Shown: positions 51,390 through 64,000, numbered from the stretch's first letter. The stretch is 64,000 nucleotides of DNA from Takakia lepidozioides (GCA_030704615.1 CM060732.1:72788001-72852000); one strand, 5' to 3'. Notes: generated from the letters alone by a model not told the origin. Made by a program: numbers and translations.

Positions 51390-52730
51390 ATGTTTCTGAA
51401 AATGTTTCACAACGTCTGCAATTCTATTCACCAACTTTGAAAATCTCTAGGCTGAGCCTGAAGCCCTTGCTGGGCACCTCACACACGGCAGATTGATGTT
51501 TGTGTAGGGGGCCTTCTAGAGGATATTTGGAAAGCCCGAACTAATTGGTTCTACCATGGTAAGCCCCGCCACTGGAGTGAGCCCTCACAAAGGTAGTGTT
51601 TGTTCCCTTCTGTTCCACCCCAACTGGACATGGGGTCTATGGCCACAAGGCTACGGCAACACGTCTTATGATTACATCGCTCTCCTCAAACAAGGTTTTA
51701 TCTGGGAGCATTGGATACATAACCGACCACCAAGGCATTACCTCTATGACAATGCGGTTGTCCAGGAATGGATGAACGACAGAGAAGTGCTTAGCAGCTT
51801 ATGAGGCACTTTGCCTTTGTGCCCTGTTGGTGGCTCCAGTTGTTTTTGGGTTTCTATGGCTCTCTAATTTGGTTTATAGTGGTTCTACTGTTTTGCTGCA
51901 CATGTGCCTTGGACTCTTTCTCTCATATATGAACACGCTGCCATTTTACTATGTTTTCTCTGGTCCATGGCTCATAAAGGGTCTTCAATTTGTCACAGGA
52001 ATGCTGTCCAGATGGAGCCTTTTGAGTTTCTGTGGCAGGATGCTACACATGTGGCTTCTTGCACCAAGTAGGGACAAAATGGCAATAGCAGTTTTAAGAA
52101 GATGGCATGTATCCAAGCCCAGGAGGGTATCTGAAACAGCTACCAATCTTTTGTGGGTCTATGTCCTATTTGTTCTGGCGTCCTCTGAAGTAAGTGTGCA
52201 GGTTATCCATTTCATTGCACATCAATCAAGCAAGTAAAGCTCACGGTACCTCCTCAGATGTGGCATCAATAGAGCAACAGAGGAGCTGCACTATTTGATT
52301 CCGCTTCTCTGCGCTGGCATCTCTGCTGAAGGTCCTCGGTGTGCACAATCCCTCTTTGAACTCAACTTTTCAAGGTTTGAATTCATTAGTTGTAGACGGC
52401 TCTGGATGGAGAGATCGTGTTACTAGGCATTCTCGTGCCTGCGCTGGCAGCGCCTTATGGACTGCAACCAGCACTGGAAACAAAATGTGTCTGCAACATG
52501 ACCAGCCCCTTTTCCATCCCCTGATACTGTTGAAGACCAACCAAGAAAGGAGGAATCACAAGAGCGGCGCATCCAGCTTGCACTCTGCCATCTCCCTCCC
52601 GGTTTCTTCACTGGGGGCAAGGAACACTAGCGGTGCTTCACTGGTTCATACCTTACCCTACACGTCTCTTGTCCCAAGCTCCGTGTTACGATCCCAAGAA
52701 CACATTAGAGAGGTTTTGTGGGTGGGCAAT

Positions 52731-53625
52731 ATGGAGGAGGAGATTTGGAGCAGGCTTCCTTTCGAGTTAGTGATGGTAGTGTTGGCCTGTCTGCCATATC
52801 CAAGTCTTGTCCGCTTTAAGTCGGTTTGCAAGTTGTGGAACTCCCTCCCATCCACTGCTTGTTTCCAACAACTCTGTCAGCACCTCCCTCTTCACCAAGA
52901 CTCCTATCTCTTGTTTTTATGTAGACATGAGGGAAACTGCCAAGATGTTTGCACGTTGTATGCGCTCACAACTCGACGGTGGCACAGGATCGGCCTCAAA
53001 TTCTTCAAGGATAATTCAGTATACAGAGTTCGTGCTGCAGATGGAGGTTTATTTTGCATATTAATGGACTTATTGATTGTGTGCAATCCTCGGTTCCAGA
53101 CAATTGCCTGCCCTGCCTCACGACAATTCAACACATCTCACGGAAAGAGTAAATATGATTGTGGATAGATGCAGCAAAACCTACAAGGTCCTTGTGATGT
53201 CAATCGACGAGGACGGAGTACGTCGGAGAACGCACATCTATGACTCAACTTGCGAGTGTTAGACCGAGACTGGAAACACGTCCTCAATAACCTCTTCGTA
53301 TTGTAGAGGAAGTGTGATATGCGGGCCTACTCTCTTTGCTCTATTTTTCACACAAGAGCATGACAACATTGTGATGGCTTGTGACATTGGCACGGGTCTG
53401 TGGACTAAAGTTGCTGCACGGATGCCTGACTTTGGTGGACTTGGTTGGTTTTGTCGACTTGTAGAGAATGAGGGGCGCCTGTTGCTTGGGCCGCCTCGCA
53501 GTCAAATTCACGCCTCACCAACAATTTGTGTGTGGGAGTTGAAAGGTTCTACAACGAGTGTAGAGTGGCTGGAGATTGCAAGAACTGAGATTGCACGAAC
53601 GTTTTTCGACAACAAGTTTTCTTGT
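52731..53625 (+). pseudogene. F-box (Kelch/FBA-type) pseudogene, 3'-truncated at gypsy LTR sequence
   Basis: MEEEIWSRLPFELVMVVLACLP..RFKSVCKLWN, AADGGLFC, IVCNP. Frameshift ~53095, stop at 53260, then RLVENEGRL..VWEL..WLEIAR. Confidence 0.85.
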
Positions 53626-56600
53626 CAAGTGGTGAGCCATGCTCCGAGTTGGCCCGGCGGCCAGTTAGGGAATTAGGCGCGCGCATCAAAGCGAGTAACT
53701 ATGACTTGAAGGGGAGCTTACCAAAGTGAGGTGCGTGACACTTGGTATCGGAGCTTAAAGTTCAGTTGCGATCGTCCTTGGGATCGGCCTCATCATGGGG
53801 TCGGGCGAGCCAAAGCAAAAGCGGAACGGCCCGAAAGATGATGATCCTGGTGAGCTCGATGGGGGCGACGTGTCACCGAAGCGGCCATTTGAGAAAGCAA
53901 TGCGTGCTTTTGAAAATGAGGCCACTCAAGAACGGGAGGAATCTGAGGAGTCGGAGCCCGAGGAATCTCTGAGAGCTCCGACAGACCAACAGATGCCTCC
54001 CATGCCAGCAACCTTTTGGGAAGGGTTGTTGGCGCAGTTTGGCGGGATGTTGAAAGACGTGTTGAAGGCGGCTAATGTCGCTTCCACTAAGGCAAAATTT
54101 AAGGTGAAGCCTAAGGAACCCGATACCTTCGAGGGCGTCCGAAATCGGAAGGCACTCAATACCTGGCTCTTGGAGCTAGAGCAGTACTTCCGGGCGGCCA
54201 AGTTGAGTAACGAGGATCGGGTGGAAGTGGCTCCCACCTATTTGAGGGGCTATGCTCAACAATGGTGGCAGAAACACCTTCACGACCGAGGTCCAAACCC
54301 GGAAACCTTGAACTGGAGTGGGTTCAAGGAACTGATGAAGAGACAGTTTGTGCCCCTCAACGCATCATAGCTTGCCAAGGACAAGATGAGGAATCTGAAG
54401 CAAACGGATGACATTCGGGGATATGTTCAGGCTTTCAATGTGATGTTGCTCGAAGTTGCGGACATGGCAGAACCAGAAATGGTCTTCAACTTCGTGGCGG
54501 GATTGGTCCCGTGGGCCAGACGGAAGTTGGAGGAGAAGCCACCTAAGACTTTGAACGAGGCAATTGAGAGGGCTGAATGTTTCTCGGATGTCCCTAGGGG
54601 CAAAAGACAAGGCCGTACGGAGCTGAACCACAAGAAGACCCGGCGGGAGGGTGACTCTTTTCGACCGAAAAAGAAGTGGGATAGGCCATGCGGCGACAAT
54701 GGCACTTGGAAAACGAAGGGAGGGCCTTCACACGCCAAGACGACACCCAGTGCTCTGAAAGGAAAATCAGGTGCGACGCCTTATGGCGGACAAAAGGTGA
54801 CCTTCGATGGAGTGTGCTTCAATTGTCGGGAGTCCAGGCACATGGCCAAGAAGTGCTCGAATCCCCGACAATTGAATATAACTCGGGCAACCACAGAGTT
54901 GTCCGAAGCTTCCATCAGCCGCTTGGTGGAGGCGGTGGTCGCCAAGACTTGCAAGGTAGGCAACTACTCTTGTGAGTTGTATCAGGAAACTGGCGCCTTG
55001 CGAAAAGGGAGTCAGTTAATGTTTGTGAGTGGGATAATCTCCGGAACTAACGTGTCGTTGTTGGTGGACACAGGAGCGTCGCACTCCTTCATGACACCGG
55101 CAATGACGCAGAAGCTGGGACTCCTGACAAGTGATGTGGGGGCCTCTATTGAGATGCGTTCTGCAAAAGGAGAACCACAATTGGCGACGAGGTTGGCGTT
55201 CGATGTTCCTCTTCAACTCGGGAGTTGGGAGGGACGTGAGAACTTCACCATTTGCGAGATCGATGGAGTGGATCTCATTTTGGGGATGACATTTCTGAGC
55301 AGATCCGGAGCGGTTATAGATGGCCGCAAGAGGGTAGTCACGCTACTGTGTGAGCATGGTGGCGAAGTTTTACGAGTGTCGGAAACGCCCAACCCCGTGG
55401 GAGGGCGAATAAACCTTCTGTCAGCAAGGGAGTGGGCCGTGGAGGAGTCACATGAGCCCCTGTTTTTGCTTTATGTAAGACAAGTGAAGGGAGAAGACGA
55501 TGGGGAGCTGAGCCCAGATTGGATCAAGGGGATTTTGGAGAAATACCAGGATCTGATGCCGGAGGATTTACCAAGCGGCTTGCCACCGCGAAGAGGAGTT
55601 GACCACAAGATTGAGATGATACCGGGATCGGAGCCGCCTGCCAAGGCGCCCTACCGGTTGAGCCACAAAGAGTTGGTTGAGCTGAAGACTCAGCTCAAGG
55701 ATCTAATATCAAAGGGGGACATCCGGTCGAGTAAGTCACCTTATGGAGCCCCGATGAACAGCCTTTTCCAGGAGTGGTTGGATGACTTTGTGATCGTGTA
55801 CATCGACGACATCTTGGTGTACTCGAAAACAAAGGAAGAGCACCTGGAGCACCTAAAAAGGGTGTTCCAAAAATTGCGGGAAGGGAAGTTGTATGCCAAA
55901 GCTTCAAAGTGCGAATTCGGGGTCACGAAAGTGGAGTTCCTGGGGCATGTGATTACACAGGATGGGATCAAAATAGATGATAGAAAGGTGACAACGATTT
56001 TGGACTGGGAGCCTCCGACTTCGGTCCCGGGAGTGCGATCTTTCCTAGGACTCGCCTCCTATTACCGGAAGTATGTGAGAAATTTCGCCAAGATCGCGGG
56101 GCCGCTGTCAAACCTCCTGTGTAAATCCAAAGTCTGGGTATGGAACACCTTTTGTGGCCAAGCTTTTGCCGAGTTGAAGCAGCGGATGGCGGAAGCTCCA
56201 GTCCTCAAAGTTCTGGAGTTCGACCGTCCATTTGAGATCCATACAGATGCGTCGGACTTCGCAATTGGGGGTGTACTCATGCAGGATGGACGTCCAGTGG
56301 CTTACGAAAGTAAGAAACTGAATGAAGTGGAGCGATGGTGGCCTACGCACGAGAAAGAAATGAAGGCGGTGGTGCATTGCCTTGAGCTTTGGCGCCACTA
56401 TATTGGTTCCAACCCGGTGAAGGTATTCACGGACAATGTCACGGTGAAGTATTTTGCCACGCAGCCTAAGTTGTCCCCAAAACAAATTAGGTGGCAAGAC
56501 ACTTTGGCACTGTTCGACGTGGATATCCAGTACAAACCGGGACGGGACAATGTGGTGGCCGATGCTTTAAGTAGAAAGCAACAGCTCATGATGGTGTACA

Positions 56601-59198
56601 GGGGCGAGAGGGCGCTCCAAAGGAAGATCCGGAAGGCTTACCGGAAAGATGAGATGGCGAAGTCCGTGATGCGAGACTTGAGGATGGGGGTTAAATTGCA
56701 GTTCCACTTGCAAAATGGACTGCTCCGGTACAAGCAAAAGTGTCTCTACGTGCCGAAGGGAGGGATCAGAGATAGTCTCTTAAGAGAATGCCATGATGGT
56801 CCGCTTGCGGGCCACGGCGGAGCCAAACGCACCGCGGCACTCTTGAAGAAAGAGTATTTCTGGCCCAAACTGAGGGAGTATGTCAAGACATGCACCACAT
56901 GCCAACAAAACCGGAGCGAATACAAAAAGCAAGCGGGGCTATTACAACCCTTGCCGATTCCAGAAGGGTCTTGGGAAAGTGTCTCGATGGATTTCATGAC
57001 TGCTATGCCGTTGTCAAAAGGATTCGATGCAATCATGGTGGTGGTGGATAGGTTCAGTAAAATGGGCCATTTCATCCCCACCAAGGAGACGGCAACGGCA
57101 CAGGAGACGGGGCGACTTTACTTCGCCCACGTCTTCAAGCATCATGGACTCCCGAAGGATATTGTCTCGGACCGCGATCCAAAGTTTACGAGTAAATTTT
57201 GGAGGGCATTTTGGAAGAAGATGGGCACGAGGCTCAAGATGAGCACCGCCTTCTGACCTACGACGGATGGCCAAACGGAAAAGGTGAATTCCGTGGTGAA
57301 GCAAATCTTGCGGAATTACGTGTCGGCAGACCAATCGGACTGGGTGGAGCACTTGGATGCGGGAGAGTTTTGTTAGAATAACACAAAACATTCGGCAACG
57401 GGAGTTTCCCCCTTCGTATTGGTTTATGGAAAAGCACCTCTGGTGCCGACAAGTTGGGCCGCCCAAGACGCTGAGGAACCGGCAGCAGCGGCAGTGCTAG
57501 AAGAACGCGAGTGTTTGTTGAAGCTCGCAAAGTACAACATTGCCAAAGCTAGGAAACGGTATGAATGGCAGGCGAATCGGAAGCGGAGAGAGGTTAAGTT
57601 TGAGGCAGGCACGGAGGTCTGGTTGAACATCAAGAATTTTCGACTACCTCCGGAAGTGAGTCCGAAGTTCGTACCTCCGTATGCGGGACCCTTTCGCATC
57701 CGGAAGGTTATGAATGAGGATGTGTATGAATTGGAGCTGCCGGAAAACAACAAGGTGCATCTAGTATTCCACGTCTCCCTTTTGAAGCCTTACTTCAAAG
57801 ATGAAGTGCGTTCGAATCGACATCAAGTGTTGCGTCCGCCACCTGTGCTGTTGGATCATGAAAATGAACCTGAGTACGAGGTGGAGGCAGTGCTTAAGTC
57901 GAGGAGGTTCAAGAATCGAGAAACGGAGTATCTCGTGAAATGGAAGGGCTATCATCATGTGGAGGCATCTTGGGTGCATGCCTCAGAAATGGGGAACGCA
58001 TCCGAGGCGGTTGCAGCTTTCGAAGGGCGACCTCAAAAGCGGAAGAAGCGTTGATGGGGACATCAACCTTGGAGCGTGGGGGCGGAAATGCATGCTTAGC
58101 CCGACTTAGCTAGCTCAGGAATCCGATTGCAAAAACTTGTATTGTACAAATTTTGTTATAAATGAAATGGTTTCCAAATGTTGTGCGTCCTATTTTGTTT
58201 GGAATGGTGATGCATGGTATGGTTGGCTAGTGTGTAGAATGCATGCTAGCTTACAAAAGTGGGAGAGGTAAATTGGGTAATCGTGTGTTTGCGCAGTGCC
58301 GAAATCGGGTGACTCCCACCCAAGGGGCAAGGAAACTTGCGCCTTCTTTGGGAGTTCACATGCTAGTGCGCACCTGGCGCGTGCGCGTACTATAACTGCG
58401 CTACCGAGGGGGTTGCCTTGTAGTGCGGGCTAACGCGGAAGCTACGTGCTTCCGTTCACGTACTATAATCGTGTAGCCTCGGGACGAAGTCGTAGTGCGG
58501 CTTCGGTGTATTCCCGTACCTCAGGCCAACATTCCAAGGCGGACCCAATTGTAGTGATTGGGGTGCACAGTTGGTTCAAGGTTATCTTCCTAGTCAAAAA
58601 GGGTTCAAGGTGAACTCTTGCTCAAGGTGATGCCAAAAAAGTGGCATCACGAGTGGTCGCAAGCAAATGTTGTTGCAGTAAGGCGATTCGATCCTCAGGG
58701 AGGATCGTTCTTTGGCCTTGAAGTGGGCCAAGAAGAGTGCATTGGGAGGAGCTTGAGAGGCTCCACCCTTGGCCGGGACTTGGAGGAAGTCGGCCGAACT
58801 AGCTAGTGGAGAGTAGAGTCAAGTGGGGGTTTGGTTCTTAGCCATGGGACGCCATGGTGAGGAAACAAACTCCTTGATGTGGGACGCCACAACTTGGATG
58901 TTCGTTTCTACAAAATAGATAAGTCGATGAGGACATCGACTCCCTGTTGGTAGGGGTGTGTGTCGCGGCCCTTTGCCTTGAGGGCAGGGGGTTGGGACAC
59001 GAGAGGGGCTGCCCTTGTGGTGGGGGCAGTGGCGACAATAGATGCGGGGCTGAAGCACCCCTGAGTGCCCAAGGCACTCAAGGAGGCAGAGGCGCTCACT
59101 AGGTGGAGCCCCGCACGCCGGATTGCGGTGGGGGTGGTTCCACGAGGGGTGGTGTTAGCTTAGTGGGACTTAGTAGGGGTGACATAGGACTCACCATG
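53625..59198 (+). mobile_element. Ty3/gypsy chromovirus (gag-PR-RT-RH-INT-chromodomain), defective
   Basis: LTR end ..GCGTGACA (53740), PBS TGGTATCGGAGC (53743-53754), gag from 53795, CCHC-like knuckle, protease LVDTGASHSF, YIDD, TDASD, zinc-binding HHCC, SMDF, SDRD, chromodomain EYEVEAVL..YLVKWKGY. PPT 58949-58960, truncated 3' LTR 58961-59198. Stops at 54368, 57254 and ~57374; RT deletion at 55753/55754. Confidence 0.95.
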
Positions 59199-59259
59199 CG
59201 GAAACAAGTTCGACGAAATAATAAAAGGACGTGGTCATCCCCACCTGAAAGCAACAATT

Positions 59260-59470
59260 GAATGCAGGATGGATGAATGTAGAGTGGATGAGAAATATAT
59301 GGATATGGGGAACAATGCAAGCGAATGGATGAATGTGGGATGGATGTTGAATGGTGGAAAACATTCTTGAATGGAGGATGCATGAATACACAATAGATGA
59401 ATGCACAAATGGATATGACATGAGTGTGAGGGGTTGAGGGGATGGATTCATGAAGATTGACATTTGAATC
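59260..59470. repeat. GGATGAATG-rich degenerate tandem tract
   Basis: Many (G)GATGAAT/TGGATG motifs, similar to the subterminal tracts at 5180-5260 and 6420-6520. Confidence 0.6.
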
Positions 59471-59891
59471 CGAGTAGATTGTTTGAATCACCTTTTTTTC
59501 TGCCGGAACAAATGCAATGAGGCAATGAGTTCCGAATAGGATATAAATTGAACAAAATAAATGCGAAGTTCAATCTGATCCAGAGTCAGTACAATGTATC
59601 CCCGCGTCCACTTCATCCAAGTCCAAGAATTTCAGAACTCCGGATCTACGATGGCTAGAAGTCAGGGGATAGAGCCTCGGCCATTTCAAGTGCCATTGCT
59701 TTGGCATAGACTAGAAGCACAAAAGTGGAAAGGGGACTGTCGAAAACAGTCTCAGCACAAATGGGGGTTTCTCCTGAAGATCCATTGCTGTCGTTCCTGC
59801 AAGTCAAAGCATGATAAAAGTTATTACTGCAATTTTGATGTATGCAAAATTGAACAAGCACCCAAACTGGAATGACATTTCCATGGCCGAC

Positions 59892-61573
59892 TTACTCACA
59901 AGAGAAGTCGTTGTCGATCTGCTTATCCTCGGTATCCTCATCATTTCTGATTTGAATTTGTTCGGTCTGTGTGCCAGACGTAGAGCCAGACACAAGAGGG
60001 AGGAGGACACTCTTGAATAGTTCGGTGTCGCCCTCCATGCCAAAAAGGCTTCTCCCACCAACCTTGCAAGCACGGTAAGTCGCACCTGCCAAGACAGAAA
60101 GCATCAAGAAGGTTGTAGAGGATGCAAAATCGGATGCAAACTGGAAGACCTTCAGAATGGAAACAATATTGAACCAACGAACCTGTGGATAGTGTGAGGT
60201 CGACCACCCTTGCAGAATGGTGGTTGCATGACTCCAAGAGCGTCTGCATGAATGTTGGGGTTCTCTCCCTTGCACCTCTCCACGGAAACCCGTCTGGTCT
60301 TTTGGTTGTCTGATTGGAGTGCATGAAATTGTACAGCATGTCATCCACATGCGGTTCATATGGGGGGTTAACAAAACACCCCTGGTTGGAAATTTCAAAG
60401 CTTCGAACGGATGAAGGTGTTTTGGAAGTGCGAATCCGCCTCAGGCAGATTGCCTCAAACATCCTTGTCTGGCAAAGATGCAAGGTAGGAGTGAGACATA
60501 GAAATTCGAAAGAAATTCTGGCGCAGGAAAGAACAAAACATGGACTGCAAATGTAAACTACAATGGAATGTTTTTGTGATGATCGGTGCCAATCATCACA
60601 TATGGTGGTAGAGCAAGCCAGCAGAAACAACTGAAAAGACATTGGGAAACAGTTCAAAGTAGGGCGGTGCCATACTAGCTGTCCAAGGCAACCACCTTTC
60701 AGAAGGTACAGGATGTTCACACAATTCCATGTCCTCAGAATTTCAAACCCAGACGACTTCAGGTATGATGCCAGACCCTTACGACTATCCTTATCACATG
60801 ACTGGAAGAGCAAAAACGTTCCTGCATCTGAAAGGAAATTATTGCAGAAGCCGAATACCCAACTCCAGTAGTTCTCATCGAATCTGTTCCAGGATGGAGT
60901 CTTTCCCTTTGGAGGAACGTCAGGGATATGCAGGCCGTCTGGGATGTCAAGGATGACCATGTCAGCGGCAAAGGGTTTTTGAACACCGCATACGAATGAG
61001 GGACCATTGCTCACCTGCAGCATACCGGTATAATTTCAAGTCAAACAGAAATGAGGGTCCCAATAGAAACCATCATCTACATTGGCATACACAAAATTCG
61101 AAAGTCCCATGTGAAGAGAAAGATTCTTACCAGATTAAGAAATGAAATCATGTTATCCCAAGTTGGTGATGGCACCCCCGAGTAACTCTTTCTCCGAGTC
61201 TCCATCATCGCCAGCCATCCCTCATTCACAATCTTGATCTGCCCTGCCAAGTCCGCACGGGAAGGGTGTGGCTTGGCATCGAATGGACATTGAACAGTGA
61301 GGGTGAACCTCCCAGCGGTCTCATCTTTCTCCTTGTCCTCACCTTTCTCCTTTTCCGTCTCTTTCTCCTTCTCCTTCTCTTTGTCCTTAGGCTTCCCGGG
61401 TGACTTGGCTACTACCTTCGGAGCCTTTGGATCTTTCCCCTTTCGACCCGCCTTCCTGCCTTTCTGTGGAGTTGCCTGCGCGTCTGGCTCCTTGGTGGCC
61501 AATGAAGCAATGTTCCTCTGGTACTCTTCGTCGTTCAAAGGTGCCAGCATCTCCGCATGGTTGTTCATATACA
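59892..61573 (-). CDS. Beta-class N4-cytosine/N6-adenine DNA methyltransferase-like protein (N6_N4_Mtase fold); 5' end not identified
   Basis: Four in-phase GT-AG exons: 61573-61131, 61014-60676, 60468-60183, 60085-59892. Motif IV-like ADMVILDIPDG, motif VI-like FLSDAGTFLL, motif X-like WRGARERTPTFMQTLLE, motif I-like RVVDLTLSTGAT, and RACKVGGRSLFGMEGD, in beta order. K/E-rich linker upstream. Confidence 0.75.
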
Positions 61574-62024
61574 CTACAACAGATTGTGGCTTTTATGACT
61601 TCCATGGGTGCGAAGTCATGACAGATTTGTGGCAGAAATGCCATTTGCAGTCGTAAAATGCTTTTGAAGTCATAATGCAGGTCTAGGGAAGGCGTATATG
61701 CGACTGTATGGCTCTGGACTTTGCGCAACACAGGTCAAACATGTTTGACCACGAATATTGGCATGGCAGATATGACTACCAGTCACGGTCATGGCTACAC
61801 TGGAATGACGTGTACATATTGCTAGATAGACATATGACTCTCACTCTAATGCATTCTGCCAGATCATCACATGGATGAATCACTACATGACTGCACGTGT
61901 CGACACTTGCTTTTCTGGTTATATATATAATATATGAGTATTTATATTTTGAAAAAACGGAGACTCTGACCACTAGAATGAATTAAATAATAATAAAAGA
62001 AAAAGAAAAAGATTTAAAAAAAAA

Positions 62025-62242
62025 CACATCGGCTGGTAAGTGGCACAGTGTGTCGCCCTGGTGGTTTGGGGTTCAAACCCGCTGCCCTTATCCCGTGTGT
62101 GGGATTGTTCGTGACGGTATGTCTAAGCGTTGATCGTCATGTAGGTCTTATGGCCCATAAATGAAGGCGGGTGAATTTTCCCCCCTCCTCAAGGGCCTGT
62201 GGTTTCCTTTAAGAAAAGAAGAAAAAGGAAAAAAAATCAAAA
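62025..62242 (+). mobile_element. Possible tRNA-derived SINE remnant
   Basis: B-box GGTTCAAACC (~62070), weak A-box upstream, A-rich tail at 62210-62242. Confidence 0.35.
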
Positions 62243-62449
62243 AGGGGCTTTTAGGGTTTACAAAAAGGTTAAAAAACTTAAAAAGTTGCCCATCACGGTA
62301 GCGTGAACAAACTTAGAGCAAGCGGGAGGGAGAGAGAGAGAGGGCTGGGACTTAGAGCGAGCGAGCGGGAGTAAGGGCAAACATGCATGGGAGGCCCGCA
62401 GTTGGAGCAACCTTCGCATCTGAAGCAATCAACCCTAGAAACGCTAGGG

Positions 62450-63427
62450 TATGTGTGGGAGAAAGTGCTTTCGCCAAAGTTCATGGCACATCCTTCTACG
62501 AGTGGATGGAGGATGCGGATGGCCAACATTATGGAAAAGTGTTCCATGGGTCAATGACGGCACTTTCTCTCACATCGATGCAGGATATTCTGAACACATA
62601 CAGTTGGTTCAAGGGACTTGGAAGCATTGTAGACGTTGGAGGAGGTGTGGGAGCGTGCATGGAAATGTTGGTGAAAAAGTATCCGAGCATTCAAGCCATC
62701 AGCTTTGACCAACCCCATGTTGTGGAGCTGGCTCCTCACTTACCTGGTATCTCCATCGCCTACGCGTATTCCCTTGGTTTTTCAAGTTCACTGATTTGAA
62801 GATGTGAAATGTGCTCAATTTGTTGTCTTCCTCCTCGGAGGGTTCTTAGTTCTATTGACTAAATCTCTTCCTTTCCCTTGCGAGGCAAAAAATAAAATAA
62901 AAATGTGCTCAATCAGTAAATGCTGCGGTAAGGATCCCTAGGATTCAGCGACCACCAGTTGTGCTTTGCAACATGAGTAGGAAGACTGCGGACCTCTTTG
63001 GTGTCCAACAGTTCTGTACCATGTTCTGTAGTCAGGCTGGGCCTTCTTCTGGTGTTGCAGTTAGGGGGTGTTCGAACTTTGAACAAATGACAATCCATGA
63101 CGCAACGTGTATACATATAGTCGTAAGTGGAATCAGATGTACCGGTTCTGTTGAATCGACACTGAGAAGGTTACTTGCGAAAAGAACTTCGGGTATTCAG
63201 AGCAGGATTACCATTGGAATAGTTATGAAGAGGCGGAGAGAGAAGCTAAGCTTGGACCACAATCATAACTTGATTCTACGAGTGTGACCAAAAAGCTCCT
63301 CATATTGTTCAATTTACGTAGGGCATTCTGGGGTAACCATGGGTGCGTTGTAATGGGTGCAGGAGTGAAGCTAGTCGGTGGAGACATGTTCGAGAGCGTG
63401 CCCTCTGCAGATTCTACCTTCTTGAAG
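62450..63427 (+). pseudogene. COMT-like (type I) O-methyltransferase, 5' part missing; exons ~62450-62746 and 63363-63427
   Basis: AFAKVHG, FHGSM, IVDVGGGVG, FDQPHVVELAP|GVKLVGGDMFESVPSAD..FLK with typical COMT intron positions. No N-terminal dimerisation domain upstream. The last exon was not recognised within the window. Confidence 0.8.
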
Positions 63428-64000
63428 GTTTGTTTTGCCCTTTACTCTTGGGAATTTTTATAACTAGTGCATTGAATCCATCATAATCGTTCCCGAAGTA
63501 AGAGTAGAGTACTTATCTACATTCCAAGATCTCTGGAATCATTCCAGCTTCAATTGTACTGCTGCCATGCACATCTTTTTGCTTGTATAAGTCGTCATAC
63601 ATTTGTGTTGACCTCCCAAGCTTAGCTGCTGCAGGCAACCTCTGAACCTCTAACTTGAGATCCTTTCCCAGCTTGTAACGTACATGATATTAAGTCAAAT
63701 AGAAGTCAACTGGAATTTGCGAGCTCTTGAAGCAAGTGATGTGACAGGGCTTAGGTTTCGGCTGGGAGCTCGCTGTTCTTGGGAGAGTCAACTTCGTCTT
63801 AGCAGGCCGTGTTTCAATCTCTACCCGCTCGGCTCTGATTTTACAGCACGGAGCAGAGCTGGCATGAGTTTCTTAAAGATCCTTCACGATGGTGGGACAA
63901 CCGCAATCGCAAGGTGTGGTTTTTTCTTAATGTACGATGTGAAGAAGTTTGTCCATCTTGCAAATGTGGGTTGTTGGCTCCTGTTAGTACCATGATTTGG

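Noticed and set aside
40451-63427. BAHD + O-methyltransferase biosynthetic gene cluster
   Set aside because: The genes are 19 kb apart and separated by TEs, the OMT lacks its 5' part, and there is no co-expression evidence.

Overview
Eukaryotic, intron-containing, transposon-rich plant DNA, most likely from a seed-free land plant (inference from the gene and TE content). Host genes: a 25-exon kinesin-7 (KIN7N/CENP-E-like, + strand), an intact 4-exon BAHD acyltransferase (- strand), two disrupted head-to-head F-box genes, and a 5'-truncated COMT-like O-methyltransferase. Transposons: the 3' half of a Ty1/copia element, a chromodomain Ty3/gypsy element whose 5' LTR appears split by the F-box segment, L1 and RTE-like LINEs, several Mutator-like elements with 9-bp TSDs, and a TTAA-specific piggyBac-like MITE. 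Three items stand out. (1) A spliced gene at 59892-61573 (-) encodes a prokaryote-type beta-class N4C/N6A DNA-methyltransferase-like protein with an altered catalytic motif. (2) A decayed Dualen/RandI-like non-LTR retrotransposon carries a PCIF1/CAPAM-like adenine-MTase domain together with RNase H and a restriction-like endonuclease. (3) A young 365-bp TRIM has a complete tRNA-like Pol III unit in each LTR. All calls were made by eye; no searches were run.
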